Below, piece by piece: positions 36,048 to 44,896 of a stretch of DNA of 64,000 bases. Made by a program: the position numbers and the translations under genes. The stretch comes from Flavobacteriales bacterium UBA1986 (GTDB lineage: Bacteria; Bacteroidota; Bacteroidia; Flavobacteriales_G; Salibacteraceae). Location: positions 45,794 through 109,793 of the forward strand of contig DDDG01000024.1 of NCBI GenBank assembly GCA_002336245.1, in the 5' to 3' direction. The notes beneath the pieces are model-generated. The model had not been told where the DNA came from, did no database searches, and worked only from the letters and a program-made list of their open reading frames with translations. Position 1 is the stretch's first letter. Every line of letters starts with the position of its first letter.

Positions 36048-38501
36048 ATGAAGGTATTGAATGCGAGTTTTTCGACACTGTTAGTGGTCATTTGCAGCAG
36101 CATAATGGCTCAAGCCCCGCTTAAGTATTTCAATACCAACGACACCCACTGCGGGACCGATGCTTATACTGAAGAGTATTTCCAAGCTCATCCCGAGAAG
36201 CGCATTGAATTCTCCGATAATTCTAGAGCAATCTTCGAACGAGCACGTCATACGTCTGCACGTGGTAACGAGAAGTTCATCATTCCTGTTGTGGTTCACA
36301 TTGTTCACGACAACGGCTTAGGAAACATCGATCTCGAACAGGTGCAAGATGCCATTGACATCTTAAATGAAGACTACGAACGATTTAATGCCGATGCAAA
36401 CGAAACTCGAGAAGAGTTCAAACCTTTTGCTTTGGGAGCTCCTTTTGAATTTCGTTTGGCGCGTTTCGACCCGAATGGAGATCCAACGGATGGTGTTGTG
36501 CGCATCAACAACCCCAGTAAAACATATAATATGCGCAACGATGTGAAAAGTGTGAGCTATTGGAATTCTCGCTATTACTTCAATATGTGGTTGGTAAACT
36601 CCATTCAATCCTCAAGCGGAGGAACCGTTTTGGGTTATGCGCAATTTCCAGGAAGCGGCTCATGGTCAACTTATGGCTTGGTGATGCGCCACGATCAATT
36701 TGGCCGCATTGGAACGAGTGTTGCCGATGGCCGAACTCTTACGCATGAAATGGGTCATTGCCTCGGACTTTACCACACTTTCCAAAGTGGATGTGGTACA
36801 CGTTGTTACGACCGTGGAGATGAAATTTGTGACACACCACCATCTTCTTCTCCAACCTACAACTGCAACTTCAATCAAAACACTTGCTCAACGGATGAAA
36901 ATGGAAACAAAATTGACTTTGTAGTCGGAGTTGGTGGCGATACGATTCGCGTGGACACGATTGAACTTGAAAAAGATTACCCAGACCAGATTGAAAACTA
37001 CATGAGCTACGACGCTTGCCAGAATATGTTTACCCGCGGGCAAGTGAACGTTATGCTGGAGGTAGTGAAATCGTACTCCCGTTTGGAGGACCTTACTTCC
37101 GATAATAATTTGGATGCAACAGGGGTAAGCCAATTGTACTCGGCGGATTTTGAGGCCGACCGCTTAATGGTTTGCACAGGCGAAGAAGTGAAGTATAAAG
37201 ACAAGTCGGCCTATGGCCCCGAATCTTGGTTTTGGGTTCTTGCAGGAGCAACACCTGAAATGCCAACTGGTGAATCTGTGAGTGTCAAATACAAAAGTCC
37301 TGGTCTTTACAGCGCTCGCTTATCCGTTTCAAATGGCCTCATCACCAAAATCAAAAACAAAGACAATTTCATCATGGTGAACCCAAAGGATGGCTATTTC
37401 TTCCCAGACTTTGAAGCCGATTTCGAAGATGGCTTGTTCCCCTCTGCTAAATGGATTGCTGAAGATGCAGACTTGGATGGCGTCACATGGGAGATGAATT
37501 CTCAAGTTGGAAGCTCTGGAACGCACAGCATGAAATTGAATAATTTCAATTCTACCCAAGGTGATTTGGACATCCTCTATTCTTCCACTTATGATTTGAG
37601 CGTGTTCCAATCGGCAGAATTGAGTTTTAGTTATGCCTCAGCAGAAAAATTTGTCTCCAATAATGATCGATTGATTGTGTCCTACAGCACCGATTGCGGC
37701 GAAAACTGGAACAGCTTCTGGAATGTGAATACAAACAACCTAGCTACTGCAAGTCCTGTTTCTGGAAGTGAGTTTGTTCCGAGCTCGAGCGATTGGACAA
37801 ACGTTTCTCAAAGCCTTCCTTTGGCAGCTGCAAGTTCAGAAGACGTTCAAATTCGATTCAGTTTCATCTCAGGCGGAGGAAACAACTTCTATATAGACGA
37901 CATCAATATCACCGGTGTTTGGAAGGGCAAGCCAACATTAAACTCTCCTGAAATTGGAGAAGAAGTCGACGCATTTAAAGCAACCTTAGATTGGAAATCT
38001 TTAGATGGTGTTGATGAGTATGAATATCAAATTAGTGAAACCAGCGACTTCTCAAGCATACTGAAAAGTGGGAAAAAGAGCTTCATCGGCATAAGCCCCG
38101 ACGGACTTGATACTGAGGTAGAAATCAATTCCCTGGATCGCGGAAAACTCTACTTCTGGAGAGTACGTGGTTTGAATGCAGGAACACCAACCGATTGGAG
38201 CGACGAATGGTTCTTCCGTATTTCTCAAACAGTTAGTCAAGAAGAGGTCTTCACTATTGCTCCAGAAATGCAAGTATTTCCCAATCCAACATCTGGCCTT
38301 TTGAACGTTCGCTTTGTGGGAACCGATGAGTCTTTTAAATTGGAAGTTCGCGACCTATCGGGACGTTTAGTCCTTGCTTCTTCAAATGAAGTGAGCGAAA
38401 CCTCTAGCATCGATGTATCGAATTTGGTCGAAGGTGTTTATCTAGTATCAGCCAGCAATTCGTCGTCGAGTTTTGTAAAAAGATTTATTCTTAGAAAATA
38501 G
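36048..38501 (+). CDS. Secreted M43 (pappalysin/cytophagalysin-like) zinc metalloprotease with T9SS C-terminal sorting domain
   Basis: Signal peptide (MKVLNASFSTLLVVICSSIMAQ). Zincin motif HEMGHCLGLYHTF. PKD-like segment. Type A CTD (FPNPTSGLLNV ... GVYLVSA). Confidence 0.85.
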   Translation: MKVLNASFSTLLVVICSSIMAQAPLKYFNTNDTHCGTDAYTEEYFQAHPEKRIEFSDNSRAIFERARHTSARGNEKFIIPVVVHIVHDNGLGNIDLEQVQDAIDILNEDYERFNADANETREEFKPFALGAPFEFRLARFDPNGDPTDGVVRINNPSKTYNMRNDVKSVSYWNSRYYFNMWLVNSIQSSSGGTVLGYAQFPGSGSWSTYGLVMRHDQFGRIGTSVADGRTLTHEMGHCLGLYHTFQSGCGTRCYDRGDEICDTPPSSSPTYNCNFNQNTCSTDENGNKIDFVVGVGGDTIRVDTIELEKDYPDQIENYMSYDACQNMFTRGQVNVMLEVVKSYSRLEDLTSDNNLDATGVSQLYSADFEADRLMVCTGEEVKYKDKSAYGPESWFWVLAGATPEMPTGESVSVKYKSPGLYSARLSVSNGLITKIKNKDNFIMVNPKDGYFFPDFEADFEDGLFPSAKWIAEDADLDGVTWEMNSQVGSSGTHSMKLNNFNSTQGDLDILYSSTYDLSVFQSAELSFSYASAEKFVSNNDRLIVSYSTDCGENWNSFWNVNTNNLATASPVSGSEFVPSSSDWTNVSQSLPLAAASSEDVQIRFSFISGGGNNFYIDDINITGVWKGKPTLNSPEIGEEVDAFKATLDWKSLDGVDEYEYQISETSDFSSILKSGKKSFIGISPDGLDTEVEINSLDRGKLYFWRVRGLNAGTPTDWSDEWFFRISQTVSQEEVFTIAPEMQVFPNPTSGLLNVRFVGTDESFKLEVRDLSGRLVLASSNEVSETSSIDVSNLVEGVYLVSASNSSSSFVKRFILRK

Positions 38502-38528
38502 AACAAGACACTCGACTAGTTTTGTCGC

Positions 38529-39305
38529 ATGCTCATCGACACGCATGCCCACCTTTTTCTAGATCAGTTTAAAGAAGATCTTCCCGAGGTCATTCAGCGC
38601 TCCAAATCAAATGGCGTTGAACTTTGCCTCATGCCCAACATCGACCTTGAGACCATCGACGATTTAAAGTCGACCTATTCTCAAGACCCAAGTTTCTTCC
38701 GAAAAATGATGGGCCTCCACCCTACTTCGGTTGCCGAAAATTGGGAGGAACAATTGGAGGGAATTAAGACGGAACTTTTCTCAAATCAAGAGGAGTACAT
38801 CGCCGTTGGTGAAATCGGTGTAGATCTCTATTGGGAACAAAAACTCAAAGCGGCACAAGAAAACGCTTTTCGTGAACAACTGCTGTGGGGCATTGAACTG
38901 AAAAAACCCGTGGTGATCCACGTGCGCGATTCCTTCGATGAATGCCTTCGCATTGTGGAAGAAGTAAATCACCCCGATCTCAGAGGAGTGTTTCATTGCT
39001 TTACTGGCAATCTCAATCAAGCCAATCGCATCCAAGAATTCGGTGACTTCTATATAGGTGTGGGTGGAGTCTTGACTTTTAAAAATAGCGGCCTCGACAG
39101 CACCCTTTTGAATGTCCCGCTTTCTTCCATGATTCTCGAAACAGATTCTCCCTTCTTGGCGCCAACACCTCATCGTGGCAAACGAAACGAGAGTTCATAC
39201 ATACGTTTGGTTGCAGAACGTTTGGCAGAGGTAAAAGACACAAGCATCGAGGAGTTGGAAGAAATCACCACGAGCAATGCCAAGAAACTCTTTAATTTGG
39301 ACTGA
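38529..39305 (+). CDS. tatD: TatD family metal-dependent hydrolase/DNase
   Basis: MLIDTHAHL N-terminus, HxH metal motif and later H/D ligands (IHVRD, FHCF, ETDSPF). Confidence 0.9.
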   Translation: MLIDTHAHLFLDQFKEDLPEVIQRSKSNGVELCLMPNIDLETIDDLKSTYSQDPSFFRKMMGLHPTSVAENWEEQLEGIKTELFSNQEEYIAVGEIGVDLYWEQKLKAAQENAFREQLLWGIELKKPVVIHVRDSFDECLRIVEEVNHPDLRGVFHCFTGNLNQANRIQEFGDFYIGVGGVLTFKNSGLDSTLLNVPLSSMILETDSPFLAPTPHRGKRNESSYIRLVAERLAEVKDTSIEELEEITTSNAKKLFNLD

Positions 39306-40333
39306 TGCCAAAACACTCGATACTTCTAATTTATACAGGCGGCACCATCGGAATGATTTCAGATCCGGAAAGCGGTGCATTGAAGGCCGTAGATTTTGAA
39401 CATTTGAATGAGCAGATTCCAGAGTTGGCAAACTTTGATTTGAATATTGCCGTGCATTCGTTCGATAAGGCTTTGGATTCTTCCAATATGGGCCCCGAAC
39501 ATTGGAAGCACATTGCTCGAGTTATTTTCTCGGAATACGATTCATACGATGGCTTTGTCATCCTCCACGGCTCCGACACCATGGCCTATACGGCAAGTGC
39601 GCTGAGCTTTATGCTCGAAGGTTTGGGTAAACCTGTGATTCTCACTGGCTCTCAACTTCCAATTGGAATCATTCGAACAGACGGTAAAGAAAACCTCATC
39701 ACAGCAATTGAGATTGCCGCTGATAAAGAGGACGGCGTGTCAAAGGTTCAAGAAGTTTGCGTCTATTTTGAATACTCCTTGTACCGAGGAAACAGAACTC
39801 ATAAAATAAGTGCAGAAGATTTTGAAGCCTTCGAATCTCCCAACCTAGCTCCAATGGCTGAGGCGGGTGTACACATTACCTACAATGTTCCGGCTTTATA
39901 TCGCTCGCCTGTACCTGAGTTGATGTTGCGCGATGAGCTGGATGCTTCAGTGGGACTTCTCACGGTTTACCCCGGAATGCCCAAAGCATATTACAAAAGC
40001 ATCCTTGGTGTTCCAGAGCTCAAAATCGTGATTCTACAATCTTATGGCTCAGGAAATGCACCAACTGACCCAGAGTTCATCGCCGCACTAAGGTCCTTCA
40101 TCGATTCTGGAAAAGTGATTCTGAACATTACACAATGCGAGGAAGGAAGCGTTGACCTCGGTAAGTACGAAACAAGTCGGCACCTATTGAATATTGGCGT
40201 AATCAGTGGATACGATATGACTCTTGAAGCTGCCTTAACGAAAAGCATGTTTCTACTCGGGCAGTCGGATGACATCGATTGGATTAATGAACAACTACAG
40301 TCCTCTTTGCGAGGCGAATTGACTCGGCCATAA
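39305..40333 (+). CDS. ansA: L-asparaginase, type I
   Basis: LIYTGGTIGM threonine motif and HGSDTMAYTA. 1-nt overlap with the tatD stop (TGATG). Confidence 0.9.
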   Translation: MPKHSILLIYTGGTIGMISDPESGALKAVDFEHLNEQIPELANFDLNIAVHSFDKALDSSNMGPEHWKHIARVIFSEYDSYDGFVILHGSDTMAYTASALSFMLEGLGKPVILTGSQLPIGIIRTDGKENLITAIEIAADKEDGVSKVQEVCVYFEYSLYRGNRTHKISAEDFEAFESPNLAPMAEAGVHITYNVPALYRSPVPELMLRDELDASVGLLTVYPGMPKAYYKSILGVPELKIVILQSYGSGNAPTDPEFIAALRSFIDSGKVILNITQCEEGSVDLGKYETSRHLLNIGVISGYDMTLEAALTKSMFLLGQSDDIDWINEQLQSSLRGELTRP

Positions 40334-40335
40334 TC

Positions 40336-42279
40336 ATGTCCAAATCTGCTCAAGCTTGGTTGCTCTTTGCTCTTGCCTGTGTTCTTTATGGAAACACGCT
40401 CTCGTTTGGATTCGCCCTAGACGATAAGATTGTCATTACCCATAATCAGTTCACAAAAAAAGGTTTGGATGGAATTGGGGACATTTTCTCCAACGATTCT
40501 ATGACGGGTTTTTTCGGGGTGGACAAAAAACTTGTCGCAGGTGGACGTTACCGTCCGCTATCTATGGCGACCCATGCCATTGAGTGGGAATTTTTTCGTG
40601 ACAATCCCTTCATTTATCATTTGGTCAACGTGCTTATGTACGCCCTCACGGTTTATGTGCTGTTCTTGTTTTTATCGAATCTATTCCGAGCCTACATAAA
40701 AGACGACAAGCAGTGGTACTTGCAACTGCCATTTTTGGTCTGCCTGATTTGGTTGATTCATCCGTTGCACACAGAAGCCGTTGCCAATGTTAAGGGTCGG
40801 GATGAAATCATGAGTGTTTTGGGCGGAATCGCTGCCATGCATTTCTACCTCAATTATTGGGACAATCAGAAGAAGAAGGATTTGATCATTGCCATCTTGT
40901 GCTTTTTCGGAAGTCTCTTATCCAAAGAGTCGAGCATAGTATTGATCGCCGTTTTCCCACTTGCTCTATTCTTTTTTCGGGAAGCTCCTTTGAAGCGATT
41001 GCTTAGGCCTACTTCCGTATTTGTACTTACAGGACTCGCCTACATCGCTTTGCGATTTGTCGTTCTGGGTTCAGCCAAATTGGATTCCTCTTTAGAGTTG
41101 ATGAACAATCCTTTCATCAATGCATCGGGCACAGAAAAGATTGCCACTCTATTTCTGACCTACATCCTCTATTTTAAACTTCTAATTTTCCCACACCCTC
41201 TCACACACGACTATTATCCGAAGCACATTCCAATCGTAGATTTTAGTGATCCCCTTGTTCTTCTTTCTGTTTTGATCCACATCGGCCTCCTTGTCGTTTT
41301 GCTGAGAAATTGGAAGAAGTGGCCACTTCTGAGTTTTGGAATTCTACTCTATTTCATTTCCTTTTCCTTGTATTCAAACATCGTGTTCAACATTGGCACC
41401 TTCATGAATGAGCGTTTTCTGTATTTACCCTCGCTCGGCTTCGCGGTCATCTTGGGCGCCTTTGTCGCTCGGTCGAAAGTAAATGTGAAGTTGATCCCTC
41501 CTCTTTTGGTTGTATTTGTTCTTCTTTCATCCTGGAAAACAATCGATCGAAATTTTGCCTGGGAAAACGATTTTACGCTTGCAACCACCGATGTTCTGAC
41601 TTCATCGGAAAGCGCGAAAGCGCAAATGGGTGCCGGTTCTGCTCTATTGGAAGCCGCTCAGGCAGAAACGAACCCGGTGAAAAAGAAAGAGCTCTTGCAA
41701 TCGTCCATGGAACACTTGTATCGCTCTATTCAAATTCACAAAACATACTTCCCTCCAATGATTTTGATGGGAAATGCGCTTGCCGAGGCAGAACGATGGG
41801 AGGAGAGTTTAGCCTATTACGAGAACTGTTTGAAGTTAAAACCTGGAGATAAAGATGGAATGAACAACCTTGAATATGTCGGGCAGAAATCAGCACAAAA
41901 CAATTTGCACTCTACTTCAGTTAAGGCCTACAACATGCTCTTGAAACAATCTCCCCAGCTGAGGTATTACAATGCGCTTGGCGAATTGTATGGTAAGAAT
42001 ATGGGCGACCTAAACGCCACCATATCTATTGTGTCTCAAGGGCTCGAGCGTTTTCCAAACGATGCCGACTTGCTTCAAAAGCTAGGAGTTGCCAAAGCGA
42101 TGCAAGGAAAAACCATCGAAGCCTTGAAGTTGTTTCAGACTGCTTTGAACATCAAACCTGAAAGTGCTCGACTCCATTTGAACGTAGGCGTGGCCTATCA
42201 AAATCTCGGACGAAAAGATTCAGCAGATTATTATCTGCAAAAAGCCCTAGAAATTGAGCCAGAGCTAAGATTTAATTAA
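40336..42279 (+). CDS. GT-C-like polytopic membrane domain fused to C-terminal TPR repeats (TMTC/PMT-like)
   Basis: About 10-11 TM in the first 400 aa, with ALDD in the first loop. The C-terminal 230 aa are TPR-like (GNALAEAERWEESLAYYENCLKLKP, ALNIKPESARLHLNVGVAYQNLGR). Confidence 0.7.
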   Translation: MSKSAQAWLLFALACVLYGNTLSFGFALDDKIVITHNQFTKKGLDGIGDIFSNDSMTGFFGVDKKLVAGGRYRPLSMATHAIEWEFFRDNPFIYHLVNVLMYALTVYVLFLFLSNLFRAYIKDDKQWYLQLPFLVCLIWLIHPLHTEAVANVKGRDEIMSVLGGIAAMHFYLNYWDNQKKKDLIIAILCFFGSLLSKESSIVLIAVFPLALFFFREAPLKRLLRPTSVFVLTGLAYIALRFVVLGSAKLDSSLELMNNPFINASGTEKIATLFLTYILYFKLLIFPHPLTHDYYPKHIPIVDFSDPLVLLSVLIHIGLLVVLLRNWKKWPLLSFGILLYFISFSLYSNIVFNIGTFMNERFLYLPSLGFAVILGAFVARSKVNVKLIPPLLVVFVLLSSWKTIDRNFAWENDFTLATTDVLTSSESAKAQMGAGSALLEAAQAETNPVKKKELLQSSMEHLYRSIQIHKTYFPPMILMGNALAEAERWEESLAYYENCLKLKPGDKDGMNNLEYVGQKSAQNNLHSTSVKAYNMLLKQSPQLRYYNALGELYGKNMGDLNATISIVSQGLERFPNDADLLQKLGVAKAMQGKTIEALKLFQTALNIKPESARLHLNVGVAYQNLGRKDSADYYLQKALEIEPELRFN

Positions 42280-42321
42280 AGTGGGCGGTATGGAAAATTT
42301 TGTATTTTTTCGCTCCGCTTT

Positions 42322-42347
42322 ACGGAGCTACTAATCTCCGTGTTTTT
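42322..42347 (+). terminator. Intrinsic terminator-like hairpin plus U-run after the TPR gene, abutting the tRNA
   Basis: ACGGAG / 8-nt loop / CTCCGT (6 perfect bp) followed by GTTTTT. It ends 1 nt before the tRNA-Ser 5' end. Confidence 0.45.
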
Positions 42348-42435
42348 GGAGAGGTGGCCGAGTGGTCGAAGGCGCACGCTTGGAAAGCGTGTAAGCGGCA
42401 AAACCGCTTCGGGGGTTCGAATCCCTTCCTCTCCG
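42348..42435 (+). tRNA. tRNA-Ser (anticodon GGA)
   Basis: 88 nt. 7-bp acceptor stem GGAGAGG/CCTCTCC. Anticodon stem CACGC/GCGTG with loop TTGGAAA. Long variable arm. T-loop GGTTCGAATCC. CCA not encoded. Confidence 0.9.
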
Positions 42436-42496
42436 CAGTGGCATGAATAATTAATGAAACCGAATAACGACTTAAATTAAATCAAACAGACGTACA

Positions 42497-43369
42497 ATGA
42501 AAAAGGTACTTACGCTTGTAGCACTATCTATGTTCCTAGTTCTCGGAACTAGTAATCTGGCTTACAGCCAAGGGAGTGAAGACGATGAAGAATCAACTGA
42601 AATGATGGCTGCCGAAGAAGGCGCTGCAGATTCAGGAATGACTGAAGAGGCTGTAGAAGAGGTTGCCGCACCGGTTGAAGAAGAAGTAGCAGCCGACACA
42701 ATGGTCGAAGAAGATGTTGTTGCTGAAGAACGCGGATTTCATCAAGTGGTGAAAGACAAGTTCATTGACGGTGGACCTATTTTCATGTCTTTCGTGCTTA
42801 TTTGTTTGATTCTTGGTTTAGCTATTTGCATAGAGCGTATCTTATATCTCGCTCTTTCTACAACGAACACAACTAAGCTTCTCGAGAACATCGAAGGAGC
42901 TTTGAATTCAGGCGGCGTTGAAGCAGCAAAAGAAGTTTGTCGCAATACCAGCGGCCCAGTAGCAAGCATTTTCTACCAAGGATTGGATCGCTCTTCTGAG
43001 GGAATCGATATGGTTGAAAAATCTGTGATTGCATACGGTTCAGTTCAAATGGGCCAGATGGAAAAAGGTCTTTCTTGGATTTCACTTTTCATCGCCCTAG
43101 CCCCAATGCTTGGGTTCTTCGGAACAGTAATCGGTATGATTGGAGCTTTTGACGCGATTGCCGCCGCCAACAACATCTCCCCTGGTATCGTTGCCGGTGG
43201 TATTGGAGTTGCCTTGATCACGACCGTTTCAGGTCTTTTGGTTGCAATGGTTCTACAAGTATTTTACAACTACATCGTAGCTAAGGTTGATTCAATGGTG
43301 AACGACATGGAAAATGCTTCAATTTCATTGATAGACATACTCGTTAAACACAACGCTAAAAACGGATAA
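42497..43369 (+). CDS. exbB: MotA/TolQ/ExbB proton-channel protein with acidic N-terminal periplasmic extension
   Basis: Signal peptide, Glu/Ala-rich tract, then 3 TM with the ExbB-like LGFFGTVIGMIGAF motif. Confidence 0.9.
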   Translation: MKKVLTLVALSMFLVLGTSNLAYSQGSEDDEESTEMMAAEEGAADSGMTEEAVEEVAAPVEEEVAADTMVEEDVVAEERGFHQVVKDKFIDGGPIFMSFVLICLILGLAICIERILYLALSTTNTTKLLENIEGALNSGGVEAAKEVCRNTSGPVASIFYQGLDRSSEGIDMVEKSVIAYGSVQMGQMEKGLSWISLFIALAPMLGFFGTVIGMIGAFDAIAAANNISPGIVAGGIGVALITTVSGLLVAMVLQVFYNYIVAKVDSMVNDMENASISLIDILVKHNAKNG

Positions 43370-43370
43370 G

Positions 43371-43772
43371 ATGACAGATCGAATTTCCAACATAAGCATG
43401 TACGTGCTCATTGGGATTGGCATCGTCGTCTTCCTTTTGGGTGTGGTTCAGGAGAACTACTCTCCAATGCTGTATTTCAGTTACTTACTAACTGTTTTAG
43501 CCGGACTTGGATGGTTGGGCGGAATAGCTGTTTCCATCGCTATGAACCCTTCTAGCATCAAACCGATGTTGATTTGGGGCGGAGCTCTAATTGCTGTTTT
43601 GGCAGTTGGTTACGGCTTGGCATCTGGCGAAGTCCTTGAAAATTATCCAATAGGAACTAGTGAACAAGCTTCAAAACTCTCAGGAATGGGACTTTACGTA
43701 CTCTACCTCGTTTTCATCGGGGCAATTGGGTCCGTTTTATTTGCAGCTGTTTGGGGTACGATAAGAAAATAA
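43371..43772 (+). CDS. 4-TM membrane protein of unknown function inside the Ton motor locus
   Basis: 133 aa with four hydrophobic segments. 1-nt gap after exbB. Confidence 0.55.
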   Translation: MTDRISNISMYVLIGIGIVVFLLGVVQENYSPMLYFSYLLTVLAGLGWLGGIAVSIAMNPSSIKPMLIWGGALIAVLAVGYGLASGEVLENYPIGTSEQASKLSGMGLYVLYLVFIGAIGSVLFAAVWGTIRK

Positions 43773-43776
43773 GCTG

Positions 43777-44382
43777 ATGGCTAAAAGAGGCGCACCACCG
43801 GAAATCAATGCAAGTTCGATGGCGGACATCGCATTCCTCCTGCTTGTATTTTTCTTGGTTACAACAACAATGGATACGGATTTTGGTCTTGCACGTAGGC
43901 TTCCGCCACCGCTAGATTTAGATCAACCGGAACCACCTCCCATCAAGGAGCGGAACGTATTTGTTGTGTTGGTAAATGCGAACGACCAACTTTTGGTTGA
44001 AGGTGAACTACTCGATATTTCTGAGTTGAAAGAAAAAGCAAAGGAGTTTATTGCCAATCCTTACGACGATGAGAATCTTCCGGAAAAGAAGATGACGGAA
44101 GTTCAGTTCTTTGGTCAGTACCCTGTGAGTAAGCAAGTGATTTCTCTGCAGAATGACAATGGTACTTCCTACGACATGTACATTCAAGTTCAGAATAGTT
44201 TGGCTCAGGCCTACAATGAACTTCGTGAAGAAATCACCATGTCGAAATTCTCAGTGAACTATGCTGATTTGGTCGAAAAAGCCAAAGACGATGAGATGGC
44301 CAACAAAAGGTACAAAGCCGTCAAGAAGATTTACCCTCAGCGAATTTCTGAAGCAGAACCTAAAGACGTAGGAAAACAATGA
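43777..44382 (+). CDS. exbD: ExbD/TolR family protein
   Basis: N-terminal [23 protein letters not shown] is a typical ExbD TM region. Confidence 0.85.
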   Translation: MAKRGAPPEINASSMADIAFLLLVFFLVTTTMDTDFGLARRLPPPLDLDQPEPPPIKERNVFVVLVNANDQLLVEGELLDISELKEKAKEFIANPYDDENLPEKKMTEVQFFGQYPVSKQVISLQNDNGTSYDMYIQVQNSLAQAYNELREEITMSKFSVNYADLVEKAKDDEMANKRYKAVKKIYPQRISEAEPKDVGKQ

Positions 44383-44840
44383 GCAAGTTTAAAAGCAAAA
44401 AAGAGAAAGACACGCCAGCGATTTCTACGGCTTCTTTGCCCGACATCGTTTTCATGCTCCTCTTCTTCTTCATGGTTACAACTGTAATGCGTGAGGTCGA
44501 CCTAAAGGTGAAACTATCGTCGCCTGAAGCGAGTGAAGTGAAAAAGCTTGAAAACAAATCCTTGGTTAGCTATGTGTACATCGGGGCTCCTTTGGATGAA
44601 AAGAAGTTTGGAACAACACCTCGAATTCAACTCAACGATGCCTTCGCAAGTGTTGAGGACATTCGACCCTACATCGAAACAAAAAGATCTGAAGTTGACG
44701 AGCAATTGATCCCAAAATTGACCACCTCTTTAAAAGTAGATGTGGAGACTGAAATGGGCATCGTAACCGATGTTAAACAAGAGCTTCGCAAAGTGAATGC
44801 CTTGAAGTTGAACTACTCAACCCGCGAGCGATTAAGATAA
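44379..44840 (+). CDS. exbD: ExbD/TolR family protein (second copy)
   Basis: [27 protein letters not shown] overlap with the previous exbD. Confidence 0.85.
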   Translation: MSKFKSKKEKDTPAISTASLPDIVFMLLFFFMVTTVMREVDLKVKLSSPEASEVKKLENKSLVSYVYIGAPLDEKKFGTTPRIQLNDAFASVEDIRPYIETKRSEVDEQLIPKLTTSLKVDVETEMGIVTDVKQELRKVNALKLNYSTRERLR

Positions 44841-44896
44841 AGTCGCCAATACAAAAATTATTAAAAACCTGTGGGCTTCTCAGTCTTCGGGTTTTT

